Assembly (NCBI RefSeq): GCF_964188315.1
Contig: NC_135668.1
Location: 3,782,001-3,846,000, forward strand
Origin: Podarcis muralis
Lineage: Eukaryota
Direction: 5' to 3'
DNA: 64,000 bases
The translations under genes and the position numbers were made by a program. Under the pieces are notes generated by a model. The model saw only the letters and a list, made by a program, of their open reading frames with translations, was not told where the DNA came from and did not search any database. This document shows positions 50,945-63,463 of the stretch, one piece after another (the first letter of the stretch is position 1; each line of letters starts with the position of its first letter).

Positions 50945-51775
50945 CACTAGGGCGATGTCAGGTTTTCAACATCGCAATGTATCGCCAGGCTCTCCTGCCC
51001 AGCCAGTTACAAAGCACGCAACTGCAAATCTTGACTTGGGCACTAGGTGGCAGCCCTGAGCTGCAAAAAGTGACTGGCGACGGGTTAATTTCGAACACTG
51101 CTTGCACCTCTTGGAGATTTGGGTGATGTGGAACAATAAGTAAATAATCCTTTCCTGTATTGTATTGTGGTCTGCTTTTCCCCCAAAGGGTGCCTGGTGT
51201 CCTTTTCCCTGGCCAGCTCCACAACAGCCTGGGGTCACAAGTCATCTAATTAACCCCAGGCCAGATGTTCCTGCTCCTACTATTTGCCTTGTGAATGCAA
51301 ATACATGTTTCTGGTCTGATGAATGTAAAAGGTGCTTGCTACTTTTCCTTTTAAAAAAAAAACCAGGAAGGGGTAATTGGGGTGTTTTCCCGCTTATCAG
51401 CTTCATCTTTTGCATGCAAATAAGTGCTTGCTCAAATCTTTTTCGCATGCAAACAAGACACAGTGAGAAATGCAGTGTCTGTTCAAAACAGGACATGGCA
51501 TAGATAATGACAGAAATTTCCAGCTTTGTTTCGCTATTACTGAGTTAGAGCTAATGGGCCCAAGTCCACCCACCCAGGCTCCTCCAGAAATGAGCGTGGA
51601 TTGCAACGCACCACTGCTTAGTCAATCACACCTCAATCAAATTGGATTGTTATTACTGAAACTGTAACATTTTCCAAGCTACACTGAGGATACTTGAATT
51701 GATAAGGCATAAATAAACATATTGCTTGTGTACTGTGTACTGCATATGAAATTTAATGCACCAGTGGACAAGTTA

Positions 51776-52148
51776 AAGGTAAAGGTACCCCTGCCCGTAC
51801 GGGCCAGTCTTGCCAGACTCTAGGGTTGTGCGCTCATCTCACTCTATAGGCCGGGAGCCAGCGCTGTCCGCAGACACTTCCGGGTCACGTGGCCAGCGTG
51901 ACAAGCTGCATCTGGCGAGCCAGCGCAGCACACGGAACGCCGTTTACCTTCCCGCTGGTAAGCGTTCCCTATTTATCTACTTGCACCCGAAGGTGCTTTC
52001 GAACTGCTAGGTTGGCAGGCGCTGGGACCCCGCCGCGGGGATTCGAACCGCTGGAGCTCACCCCGCCGCGGGGATTCGAACCGCTGACCTTTCGATCGGC
52101 AAGTCCTAGGCGCTGAGGCTTTAACCCACAGCGCCACCCGCGTCCCCT
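51776..52148 (-). mobile_element. Full-length Sauria SINE with duplicated B-box segment
   Basis: Same subfamily as 5003-5364; 13-bp TSD AGTGGACAAGTTA (51763-51775 / 52149-52161). Confidence 0.95.
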
Positions 52149-53326
52149 AGTGGACAAGTTACTGTAGTTCTATGTTGTTCTCGTATTTACATGAAAACCA
52201 ATAAGTTATTTGGAAAGAAATATAACTTCATTCTAGGTAAAATAATAATGATAATATAATATTAGATGAAAATTAGCTTGAATCATAGTTCCAATATGCC
52301 TAGTTGGAGTATAGGCTTATTTCAATTCACAGATTCCCAAACATATATTTACAGAGGCACTCTCACACTAGAAATCTTACAGTCTTTATGCTATGGGGGC
52401 GAGGAAATCATCAGTTTCTCAAGGACCCACTTGGAGTATACTGCTTACTCCTGACAAGGAGAGAGATGCCACCAGCCACTCACCCTCCAAGCAAACCCTT
52501 ACTTTTTCTTCAACAGAGAAAGAAGACACTAGACAACAGAGCTGTTCTCTTAAATACAGGGGAAAAGTGGCCAGATATAAAAGACAGAAGAAAGCAAAAC
52601 CGGGTCCCATGTGCCTGACTTCGTTCTGCCTCTCTGCTGGACAAAAAAAGCAAGGCACCCGGGGACTGAAGGAGCAACAGTCTTCAAAAGAACTACCCAC
52701 CAACAGAAACAATAAGTTAGTGGTTAAACTGTGGTAGGGTTGGGGGAATCCACACAAGTGCAGAAAAGCACAGGATGTGGTACTGGGCTCAAAATCTTAG
52801 CTTATGAAGGTGAAGATAGCAGAAAGTGCATGGGCAGCGATCTGCATTGCCCAAATAGCTGTTGAAGGGAATTTCCTGGTGTGGTACATTGATGACCAGC
52901 CCTAGTCCTTTGCCTCTCTCCCCCCATGACTACTTTAAAGAGAAGAAAGGAGAGATAAATTCACTCATGCATGTTGTGGGATTCAGCTCTTTTCAGTGAA
53001 GAATTTAGGTTATCTTTCCACAGCATTGTAATTTTTATTTTCCCTTTAGCTCTGTGTACAACAAGCTAAGTGAGCTTAGATATCCCTGAGCAGGTGCTCC
53101 AGAAGTTTGCTCAGTCAGTCAGTCTAGAACAGGAGAGAGTCTCATAAAGTGCTGCAAGACTTGGCTCCTGTCCTGGAAAGCACTTAATCGTACACTCCAG
53201 GCATGCACCGAATTTTATTTACGGTTTGAGCTAATCATATGGTTAGGTTGAAGCACTAAGCAGATTGTTATGTAACATCCACTGGCCACACAAGATCCCT
53301 ATGCTGGAATGAGGAATCAAATATCC

Positions 53327-53777
53327 AGGGCCGGACCAAGATATTTTGACACCTGAGGAGAACCACAAAATGGTGTGTGTGTCCCGCCCCCCCAGCCAGG
53401 GAAGACGAGGCGACTAAGATCTACATTGGGAACAAGGTGGAGGAAATCAAATGAACATTACCTGATGGCTGAAGTGGAAACCAAAGGCTGCATCATGCTG
53501 AGCGGGTGCAGACTTCAAAGGGCAGCCCCCGCCATCTCCTCCCTAGGTGTAAGAGGAGACCGACCGCCAAGAGGCTGCAGTAGAGGCAGCATTGGAGGCG
53601 GAGGGGGGCTGCTGCCAAGGAGGCGGCAGTTCTGGCCTCCAAGGGGTGTGTTGCAGCCATCCCTGTGGCAGCGGTGGCAGCAGCAGCAGGTGATGCTTGA
53701 AGGACAGATCTGCTGTTCCCGTGGATCCTGCCACCTAGGGCGGTCACGTCACCTTGCTTCATGGGTGGACTGGCCTT
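53327..53777. mobile_element. GC-rich non-autonomous DNA element
   Basis: Starts CAGGGCCGGACC and ends GGACTGGCCTTG (imperfect inverted ends); GC-rich island in AT-rich intron. Confidence 0.45.
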
Positions 53778-54026
53778 GCAAATATCAGACTATAACTAGA
53801 TCGACATACAAAGCCATCATGCTATTCACTGTACAAATTCAGTCTCAGGACTGGTCAGGACCCACCCACCCACCCTCAAAAATGTACAAATGGAGAGCTA
53901 CAGCTACAACAGCAGACAGCGAAGTCTATGTAGCTCAGGTGACACAAACCTCGTCTTGAGGACAACCTGAACAGGACTGTTAAGAATACTTTAAACTTTC
54001 TCTTCATTACTCACGTTGCCCTAGAA

Positions 54027-54316
54027 CAGCGGCCGGCAACCTAAGGCCGATGGGCCACAAGCGGCCTACAGGGTTGTTTAACCAGCCCCCAAGCTGCCCC
54101 CAAACCGAGCCGCCCGCTTGGCATGTCCCCCCGCACTGTGCTAAACCGGTGCAGTGTGGCGTGGGGACTGCTTTTGCGGTGCTGGAAATCGCGTCTGCAC
54201 AGACGCAGAAACCAAAAATCGCATCTGCGCAGACACAGATGCCGGAAATTGCGATCTGGCCCACAGAGGGATCTCCGCTGGAACCGGCCCAGACAAGGTA
54301 AACCTTGCCAACCCTG
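54027..54316. mobile_element. hAT MITE
   Basis: Ends CAGCGGCCGGCAA...TTGCCAACCCTG; 8-bp TSD CCCTAGAA / TCCTAGAA. Confidence 0.8.
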
Positions 54317-56099
54317 TCCTAGAACCAGCCACATCACCATAATCTTCCTGCATCTCTTCCTTCTCTCTTTCACTGTTACCTTCACTGAAGGTAGGAGCAG
54401 AACAGATAAGCCAACAAAAGCTGTTGTCCCAACAGCTGGTACAAAATATCTCATGCATATGGTAGATGGGACAGCCTTCAATACAGATGCATCACCAACT
54501 TCAGAATCTGTCGTATTTTAACAGCTCTCGTTTGAAGATTTGTCTCCAAAAGAAAAGCAGCACTTGCCATGAACATCCACCAGACCCAGAAAGCACCATG
54601 AGATGTTGTCACACAAGGAAGCGATACTGATGGTGACACAAATAAAGAAGATGGGAGAAAAATCTGACAGTCATTTGGAAAGCAGTTTGTCTGGTAGCAC
54701 AAGAAACTTCCAAAATAAGAAGGGATATATTCATAAGGAATGTTTGTTCAAATCTGGGATGGTCACTAACATAAACACACTCTGTATATAAATTGGTAAA
54801 TGCTACAGTTCCAGCACCTCTCAGGTGAGCGCCATTGCTAATATAAGGGGGGGCAATTATGGTGAGTTCCGGCACCTCTTTTTCTAGAAAAATAGCCGTC
54901 ATCAAAGACTACCATTTGTGACAGAAACATTGCTGTTGCTCCTTCTAATTCTATTGATTAAACATGAAGCTATACATAGTCAATGACACTCATACATATT
55001 TAGTAGCACAAACAAGAATTTGCATTGAAGCAGAATTAACCAAGGAATTATTTGACTGCATAACATTCTAATCCCAGTGCATTTTCAGCTCCATTACCTA
55101 AATAATTTGCTCTCCTGTGCACCCTAAAGTAATTCATGATGATTAAGTATTATTCACCTAAATCATTTGAAGCTTACAACAATATTATCATTTTGACAAG
55201 TTCCTAAATGCCAGGTTCACAAAGTGCTGGGGTGTTAGGGGTGGTGGTGTCTAGCTACAAATGAACAAGCAGTTCATAACACAAACAGCCTCCTAGTCAA
55301 ACACAGATTTATGGATATCTAGGAGGGCTGCAATGTTTAGTCAATTAATTCTTTGGGTTAACCAATGTTTTCAAAAATCAAATGACTAGAAAATGCCCCG
55401 ATTGATAAAGCAGAAAAAATGTAAATTAATTTTCAGGCAGTAGTTATGATTTATTTATTATTTCAACTGATGCCCCACCTCTCTGCCTCTTACACCCAAG
55501 GTGCCTAACAGCCACAATAATAAGTACTTTTAAAAAATTGCAGATGGCAAGCAGTATCTAAAGAAGAATTCTTTACTGCAAGAGGAAAAAGGAAGCACCT
55601 CTTCTATGTATAATTACACTTGTGCATTTTTTCATTAGAAATATTTTGTCACACACACCCCTGCTACCCATACACACATTGGTGCAGATTTAGTGCATCA
55701 ATTAATAAATTAGAATCCAATGTTTAATCAGCTAACAGCACACTCTTATGCATGTCTAACTCAGAAGGAAGCCCCATCAGGTTCAGTGAGATTTACTTTT
55801 GAGGAAACACCTATAGGATTGCACTGTCAGATGTCCCTCATTGGGTGACAGATCTAATTTAAACTCCAGCACTATACGCACAGCATCATATAGGAGGGAG
55901 CAGCCCTTATCTGCCAGCCTTCGTTGCTATGTGAAGCAAAGAGTAAGCATTGTTAGGCACATCCTAGACGTGCGCAATCAGGGCTACTCCAAGACATTTT
56001 GGTACCCAGGGCAAAATGTTCACATACACCCCTTCTTCCTTTAGTTAGAATGTTAGTATTCATGTGCCACATCTTCAATCTACTATTACTATAATTTCT

Positions 56100-56480
56100 T
56101 TTAATATATACATCCTGCCTTTAAAGATTTCCAGGACAGGTTACAATAAATATTAAAAACAATAATAAAAACAACACTAGAACAGATTTTATAAACATAG
56201 ACAGCAGCATACAATCAAATAAATAACCAAACCAAACGGTAGAAGTTTTAGCAGAGTAGAAGTTAAGGGAGCAAACAAAAACCACTGCTTTTGGGAGAGT
56301 TTTCCAGAACTGAGGTGCCACTACAGAAAAGGCACTATTTTCGCCTGCTATATGTGCGGGATGAACAGACCCAGAGAACAGCCTTTGCAAAGATAGTCAT
56401 GAACAAGCAAGCGGATATATGAGCAGGCAGTCTACATGGCTCATTGCAGGAAAATAAAGACCCCACCCACCAAAAAGCAC
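56100..56480 (-). mobile_element. L2 LINE 3' fragment
   Basis: Minus frame GENSAFSVVAPQFWKTLP matches the L2 ORF2 C-terminal RAFSVAAPxLWNxLP motif, followed by a typical tail. Confidence 0.7.
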
Positions 56481-59478
56481 ATCCTTGCCCGGAAGAGATT
56501 AAAGTAGAAATTATATACATTAAAAAATGATTACTGGAATAATGGACAACTTGACACACTTTAATGGCCCCCCAAATTGGCTGCCTGAGGCAGCTGCCTT
56601 GCTCTGCCTAAGAGGGAAGACTGGCCCTGTGAACCAGACTCTCAGATAAATGGCCTCCTGCCAGTCTGTACAGGTTCAGTTATCTCAAACCTCAGGCCTC
56701 ATGTATACAGTCATATTTTAACGGGATTAGTTTGCAAACCATGAGCAGGGACTTGTTTGTACAGCATGAAGGTGCAATAGGAGGTATTTGATCAATAATA
56801 AGCCTTGGCAGTGGTGGCACACATGCGCCAAAGTGAGGGCGCTCTTTCCTCCATGTGTCGCAGCAGGATTCCCAAGAGGAGATCAACATTGCAGGTAGCA
56901 CAGAAACTTTCAGAAACTGGGAGCATATGCTTTTTGTGCTCAAAAAACTTTCACAAAATAAGTGTGTGAAGAATTGTGCAGGGAAAATAGCACATTCATG
57001 CAGCTCTTGAAATGGTAAGGTACCAATCGCAAACATACACAAGAACAGCTGTGTTTTTGTTCATTTCCCATTCACACATGCAGAGAGGAATGTTGCAAAT
57101 GTGAACAAATGTATTTCAATGTAAAAATGTATTGAGAGAGTTAGATCATCACAGCACCATTAAGACCTCCCCCCGCCCCTCATGATAGCTGGTTATGATA
57201 ATTCTTTAACACTGTCAGTGATGCCAGAATGGGTTAAAAAGGAGCAGTGATTAGTTGTTTATTTGCTGCTTTTAAAAAACATTTGCTTCCACTTTTCCAA
57301 GGGCAGCTCTACTCTTACTTAAGCCTCTGGGTGTAGTGTGTGGAGTGCCATACATACGCTTTTTCACAGCATTCCTTAACAAAGGATGGCATGGCCCATC
57401 TAAACATCCAGTCATACTGCAGGGGTTTTCCTAAGTCAGCAGGACAAGGATCCCAGAGCGCATGAATACCTAGGGGAACAGCCATTCAAGCAACATTCAA
57501 ATGCTCAACAAACAGGTAGTCTAGAGTGACCTTTGTGAGGAAAGTGACTTGTGATCAGGTGTCATCACAGCTATACACACAAAATTCTATCCTATTGGAC
57601 AATTCATTGTGTGGAGCTGCCATTAAGGCTGCTATGATACAGATGCCACTATAGTTGTATCGAGTCTGCCCTGTGTTTCTCCCCAGAGGATAGTAATTCC
57701 CAAACTGCTGTCCTGCCTCCTATCCAAAACACACAGACAAAAGCTCTTACTTGTAACCAAGAAAGAGATCTTTATTCAGGCTCGGCAGCAGACATGGCGC
57801 TCAGGAGTCGCAATTCAGGAACAGGTCAAGAAGTTCAGAACCACACAGAAGTGACAAAGGTGTCCCAGCAAGTTCCCCTGCCCACCAAGTTGGAAAGATG
57901 AGGTGGACTTGCAAGACTCTCTTCCCTTCTGGGAATGTCAAGTTTGCTGGCACACACTGTTGGTGCTGGAGGGTTTGCTCCTATCTGCAAAGGCAGCACC
58001 TGGTTATAGACGACAAGGCTGGGCCCTCCTGTTCAGCCAAACTTTTATCTGTAGTGGTACTGGACTTCAAGGGTGGTTAGAATGCCTGGGAAGCTCAGTG
58101 TGAGGCCACAAGTAATGCCACTTTCCTCTGGGGGAGGCTCAGTCTTTCTAAACAACAACTCCTAGTTCTTGTATCAAAAGTCAGGAAATCACTGCCCTCA
58201 AAACACACACCCCCACCTCAAATTCCTACTGGCAGAAGCTCAAAAGCAGCCTTCTGTCCACAAGTAGCTTTTTGGTGCCCAGTGCTGTAAGAACCGCAAC
58301 ACATCCCATCTCTGATATTACTGGAGACTAGATCCAATCTTTCTAGAACTAATGCAAGTGTCAGGCAGCTTATTCAGAGGATGAACTAGGTATGTACTAA
58401 CTCAGTGATAACAATCTTACATTGTCAAGAAAATCAATTGAAAAAGCTACAGAAATACCCGTTGAATCAGAATGACAGGAAAGATTGGAGGAAATTCTGT
58501 CCATGACCATTAGGTGTCACTGCAGTCAACAGAGTTGGCGAAGAAGAAGAAAAACTTAAATCAATGTCCAGTGCTTAGGTTTTAAGTGGTGCTTGGTCCT
58601 TATGGACCTTCACTGCCTTATAGCAGTAAGACCACAGCAATTTCTAGATTTTTCACCACTCATCAGTCATCACCCCCCCCCCTTTTTTTTTTTTTTGCAG
58701 AAAGGACCTTTTTAGCCTTGTTTCCAAAGTGCCAAAGCCTAGCAGAGATGAAGCTTTGGGCAGCAACACTTCAGGTCCTGGGCATCATACATTTAAGATC
58801 AAGGGTAATTCATAGGTCTGGCTCAACCTTTTACTGCTTCATTCTGACTCATTATGTAACTCAAAAGCTGCACCTCAACACCTGTGACTTGGCAAGAGAT
58901 TCTGGAATACACAATTCCAAAATCAAATGCTGCCCCAAAGGCAACCACTTGGGTTTCCTATTGTCAGAGCTGGACTGTAAGAGCAAATAAAGACAGAAGG
59001 TTCTAGCCCAGGCAGAAGTGGGGGGGGGGGGGGGAGAATCTTGCATTGAAGGCCTTAGGAGCATTGATGGCAGTCAAGGGTTTAAGGCTTCAGAGACTGA
59101 TCCAGGCAAAAGACAGGCAAAAGAAACCAGATCGTGTGTCGGACTGGAAGTACAGCAAGTAGGTAAGCAGCTTCTGAAGACAAAACTAGAGCGCCATTCA
59201 GACATGATGGGAGTCTGGCAAAGACCTAACCCTAGCTTGGAAGCATTCTCAGCCAGGCCAGGTGCGCTTCTAGAGCCAGGCTGGAACCAGGGCAGTCCAT
59301 CCTGGCTCTTTACCCCACTCTCCAGTCTTGAATAGCCCACCACAAGAGGAACCATGCCACAGAAGAGGCTCCTGATTAAAATCCGTTGAGCCTGATACTT
59401 GTGCAGTTAACTTGGCCCCGGCTGCACCAAAGGCCCACACCACAAGTGTAAGAACTTCTGTCTGTTGTGGGTGTTCAA

Positions 59479-59614
59479 CAGGCATAGGCAAACCTGGCCC
59501 TCCAGATGTTTTGGGACTACAACTCCCACCATCCCTAGCTAACAGGACCAGTGGTCAGGAATGATGGGAGTTGTAGTCCCAAAACATCTGGAGGGCCAAG
59601 TTTGCCTATGCCTG
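59479..59614. mobile_element. Palindromic hAT-type MITE
   Basis: 58-bp inverted arms (3 mismatches) with 20-nt spacer; 8-bp TSD GTGTTCAA / GTCTTCAA. Confidence 0.92.
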
Positions 59615-61177
59615 GTCTTCAACGACAACCAGGTGGATGTCAAGAGGGATTGATGATGTGCATCCGCCATCCAATTCTGTTTTTTGCTGCTTTACGCTGG
59701 CTAAGACCCCATTTTCTTTAGCTTTTCTCCACCCTCTGCCTCCCTTCATCCCACTCTCACTTCCCCAAGAGCCAGTTCTGACAGAGCATCACCAGTGTCC
59801 CTGCCCAATAACTCTGCCATACACTGCCATACATATCTAAAACATTCCAGTGAATCATTCCTCAATTACTTAAAGCTATGAATTCGAAAACTCTTCAAGC
59901 AAGAATTTCATATTACAGTTGAAAAGAAAGAAGTGCCTTAAGGCTTTGGAGAATTCCTGAAAATATGAACTCTAAAATATGAATGCAGTTAAAACAAAAC
60001 CAAAATAATTATTTTTAACATTGATTTCCCATAATGTTTTAAAGCCCGGGGCTGGTAATGTCATAAAGGTTTGACTAAGTGAAAGTGCCCATCATTTTTC
60101 AATCTCTACTTCTTTCAAATGCAAAAGTAACTCTTCTGTTACTGTACCCTCATCTGCCTGCAATGCCACTTTTCCTACAACAGCAAAACTATTAAAGAGA
60201 ATTTTTTCTCTTCAGTTCTGAATTAAGGTAAAGGTAAAGCTTGTAAAGTGAAGCTTGTACCATTAAAACTGTTGGGAACATCTAACTAAAAGAAGCCAAG
60301 AAGATGTTTTTACTTGGACAAACTATAAGTGCCAAACTAGAAGTGGGGGTGGGGAATCAAGTTGTAAAATCTTGAACTTGTAATAAATGGTTGATCTCTA
60401 GCACAAACAAACAAAACAGACAAATATCAGCCCCCCAAATTAGAAAGCTTTGGGTATTAGGTAAGCTTTTAATGTTTAATGGTCTATTGTATTTTAATAT
60501 TTTGTTGGAAGCCACCCAGAGTAGCTTGGAATTTATTATTATAAATAATAAATTATTATTATTATATGAGAAAATGAAGTGCTCTAATAGAAGTTAGATG
60601 GAAGTCATAGCAGGGAAATGTTCAACCCAGAACACAGCTTAAATCGGGGAAGAATGACATTTTTTTAGTCCAAGAACCACATTCAAGTGTGGTCATCCCC
60701 CCCCCCCCCAGCTGCATGCCATTCGCATGTGATCACACACCCAAAATCGTGCACACATAAACCCCCATTTATGATCACACACACATTCAGGGATACACAC
60801 CACACTTCTTGATCACAGTTCTGGACTGCAAGAGGGATTTAAGCCTCTCAGCTCAGCACTGTAAAAGAAGTGGGGTCATCTGCAGCGCGTTGGCAGGCTG
60901 GATCAGGGCTGCAAGTTTGCCACCTCTGACCTAAATCCTAGGCTTGCGTCCTACAACCAATTGAACTTCCTTCTGGAGAAATAGCCCCACAATGGCATAC
61001 TGCCTTGGGACTGAACACGGAAGCCTGGTATTCCAGAATATGGACAAGAGACTTGGCTGAAAAGCTGATGTGCCAGATTCGAGCAACCCAAGGGAACTCC
61101 AACCCCCCCCTTTTTTTTTTTACAAAGCATGGCACTTGTTTATGGACTGTAGGTGTCAAGAGGATTGTGTTTATAAC

Positions 61178-61441
61178 TGTTATGTACTGAAGTTCTCACC
61201 CTGGGCCTACGGGGGGATACTGTAGATAGTTTTTACTCAGGTCCACATATGCAAATAAGGGATCGAAAGTGACGTTCAGTGATTGGATAGTTACAGAAAG
61301 TTGTTAAAGTTACATTGTACTGGAGCTCTATATAAGCAGGCTGGCTGAACCCTTCAGTTTAGTTCTGTTCTGGCCTGTGAATAAATAAGAGCTGTCTGAA
61401 GAATCGCTGTGTCGTCTGCTATGTCTACCCACAACCTAACA
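61178..61441 (+). mobile_element. Solo LTR (264 bp)
   Basis: TGTTA...TAACA termini, perfect 5-bp TSD ATAAC, internal ATGCAAAT, TGACGT, ATTGG, TATATAA and AATAAA in U3-R order. Confidence 0.9.
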
Positions 61442-61764
61442 ATAACCTCCCAAAATCTCATTGCAATATGTGGAAAGATTTTTTGGACTGAATTCTGAGA
61501 ATATGATTTGATATTTCAAAGCAAAATGGTTGATGCGTTGTGAGTTATGTAGTTTTATGTACAATGTGGAAAAAAATATATGAAAAGAAAAAATAATTTC
61601 CTTCTATGAAGTGATCAACGGACAGAAAGCCATTGCCAAACACATTCTGGGAGCCTAGGCCCATCCGTGTCTCTTAGCCATGATGGCCAAATGAAATTGT
61701 CCTGTCCAGAACAGTTGCTAGGTGTTGTAAAATATTGGAACTAATTTTGGGCAGCTCTTGTGTG

Positions 61765-62200
61765 TTATGAGAACATAAACAGAGCACTGCTGGGCCAGAT
61801 GGAAGGCCCATTTTGCCCAGCATCCTCTAGCAAGCCCACAAGCAGGGCAGGAAGGCAGATCCTGCCAGAGAAAGATCCAGCCTCACTTGAGTGAATGGTA
61901 ACAATACCAGCTGGGAGTGGGGAGCCCTCAAGGCTCCTCTGCCTGCCCCTTGGAGCCCCCCCCCCAGGCCACGGCCCCCCACCAGCTCTGCTCCACACCT
62001 TCCTCAAGCGCTCTTGCCTGGGCCAAAGGTGTCCTGCCTCTCTTCCTTGCCTGAGTGGAGAGGAGCGTTGAGTGTGTGTTTGGAAAACTCTGCCTCCGGG
62101 AGCATGGCTAGAATGTGCTGGCAGTTGAGAAGGGAAGAGTCGTATCCATTGTTCCTCTGATGACACCCACCACTGGCCCCCAGAAGGTCAATCACAAGGG
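61765..62200 (-). mobile_element. Degenerate CR1-type 3' fragment
   Basis: GAACATAAACAGAGCACTGCTGGGCCAGATGGAAGGCCCATTTTGCCCAGCATCCT, similar to 25236-25440. Confidence 0.5.
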
Positions 62201-62487
62201 AATCCAAATCCCGCTGGGGTGAAAAAGATCCCCTACCTCAGATAGGAAGAAATCAGGTTGGTGACAAGAAGCATGTCCATGATTAACAGACCGGCTTACA
62301 TCAGTAGTATACCATCATTAGAATTAGTTCTCTTTCTTAATTCTGGAGGGGTTTTTTTGTTTTTTGTTGGCTGACAGTCCATTTTTTGTTTTTGTTTCTA
62401 AACTTTCAGCAAAAATGTGCAGCTAGGACTGCAGAACTGAAGACAAGCATGCTTTGGCCCCAGTCACCAGCCAGAGGAATAAGGAGT

Positions 62488-62488
<1 letters not shown>

Positions 62489-62553
<65 letters not shown>

Positions 62554-62554
62554 T
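62489..62554. repeat. Compound (CT)24(GT)9 microsatellite
   Basis: Direct reading. Confidence 0.92.
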
Positions 62555-63434
62555 TTATGGCAATTTTGTCGTTCTATGTATTATTATCTCTTGTTTGTAA
62601 ACTGCCTTGAGAATCATTGGATTGAGAGGTAAGGTATAAATATTTTAAACAAGTAAATAAATATGTGAAATTTTTGACAAATGCCACTCTAACCGCAACA
62701 AGAGTTTCAGATGTTTGATAAACTTTTCTTTTTCCAAGTAAGTTAAAGTTAACTTTAACTTATTTAACACTAACTAAATCTGTTTAAAGTCTGTCTCCAA
62801 ACTGACAGTGGTCTTGTAATCTGCTTTAGATAAAGAAGTGCCAAGATTAGTGATTACATAAACCCATCACCAAGCAGAGAAAGAATAATCAGATCAACTT
62901 TTTTTATTTGTCCGCAAAGGCTATTAGAATCAGCTGACTCCTCGAAATCCAATTTAACGTTGCTAAAAAACCCTTTACGTAGAACCCATTTGAGATGGGC
63001 CAAACTAGACATTTGCAACGAGAATTGCTTTTGTTTCCTCAACTGTATTGCCTCTAGCCATCATTTAATAAAATCTGGAGGGGGGATAATACTTAAAACA
63101 AGAAGCTGAATATTTATTGCTGAAGGAATAATGCAACCACAATCTACTCATGTAAAAGCAGCAACACAACAAGTAACTTGTAAATATTCATTGAGTAGAG
63201 GCTTAGAAAGAAAGCAGAGTCATTTTATAGTCGCCTAAAGGCAGAAAGAAATCATTGTAACTGGCATGGGTGGGGGAAATGTTCTAGCCAAAATTATTTT
63301 TGATTTGAGATACTTCACATGCTTTCACTGAGTCAATATCTGTGGCACCGCGGCTTGCTATGTCATCATGTCATTGGTCAGGGTACCTAAGGTTTGGCCC
63401 ATGGCCTACCAACACCACAGGCAGAAAGCATTTT

Positions 63435-63463
63435 ATCATCATCATCATCATCATCATCATCAT
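63435..63463. repeat. (ATC)n microsatellite
   Basis: Direct reading. Confidence 0.92.

Noticed and set aside
53375-53959. 194-aa ORF
   Set aside because: Overlaps a GC-rich repeat element; no recognisable domain, splice context or codon bias
59019-59036. Poly-G run as a functional G-quadruplex
   Set aside because: Single homopolymer in an intron, prone to sequencing error, with no supporting context
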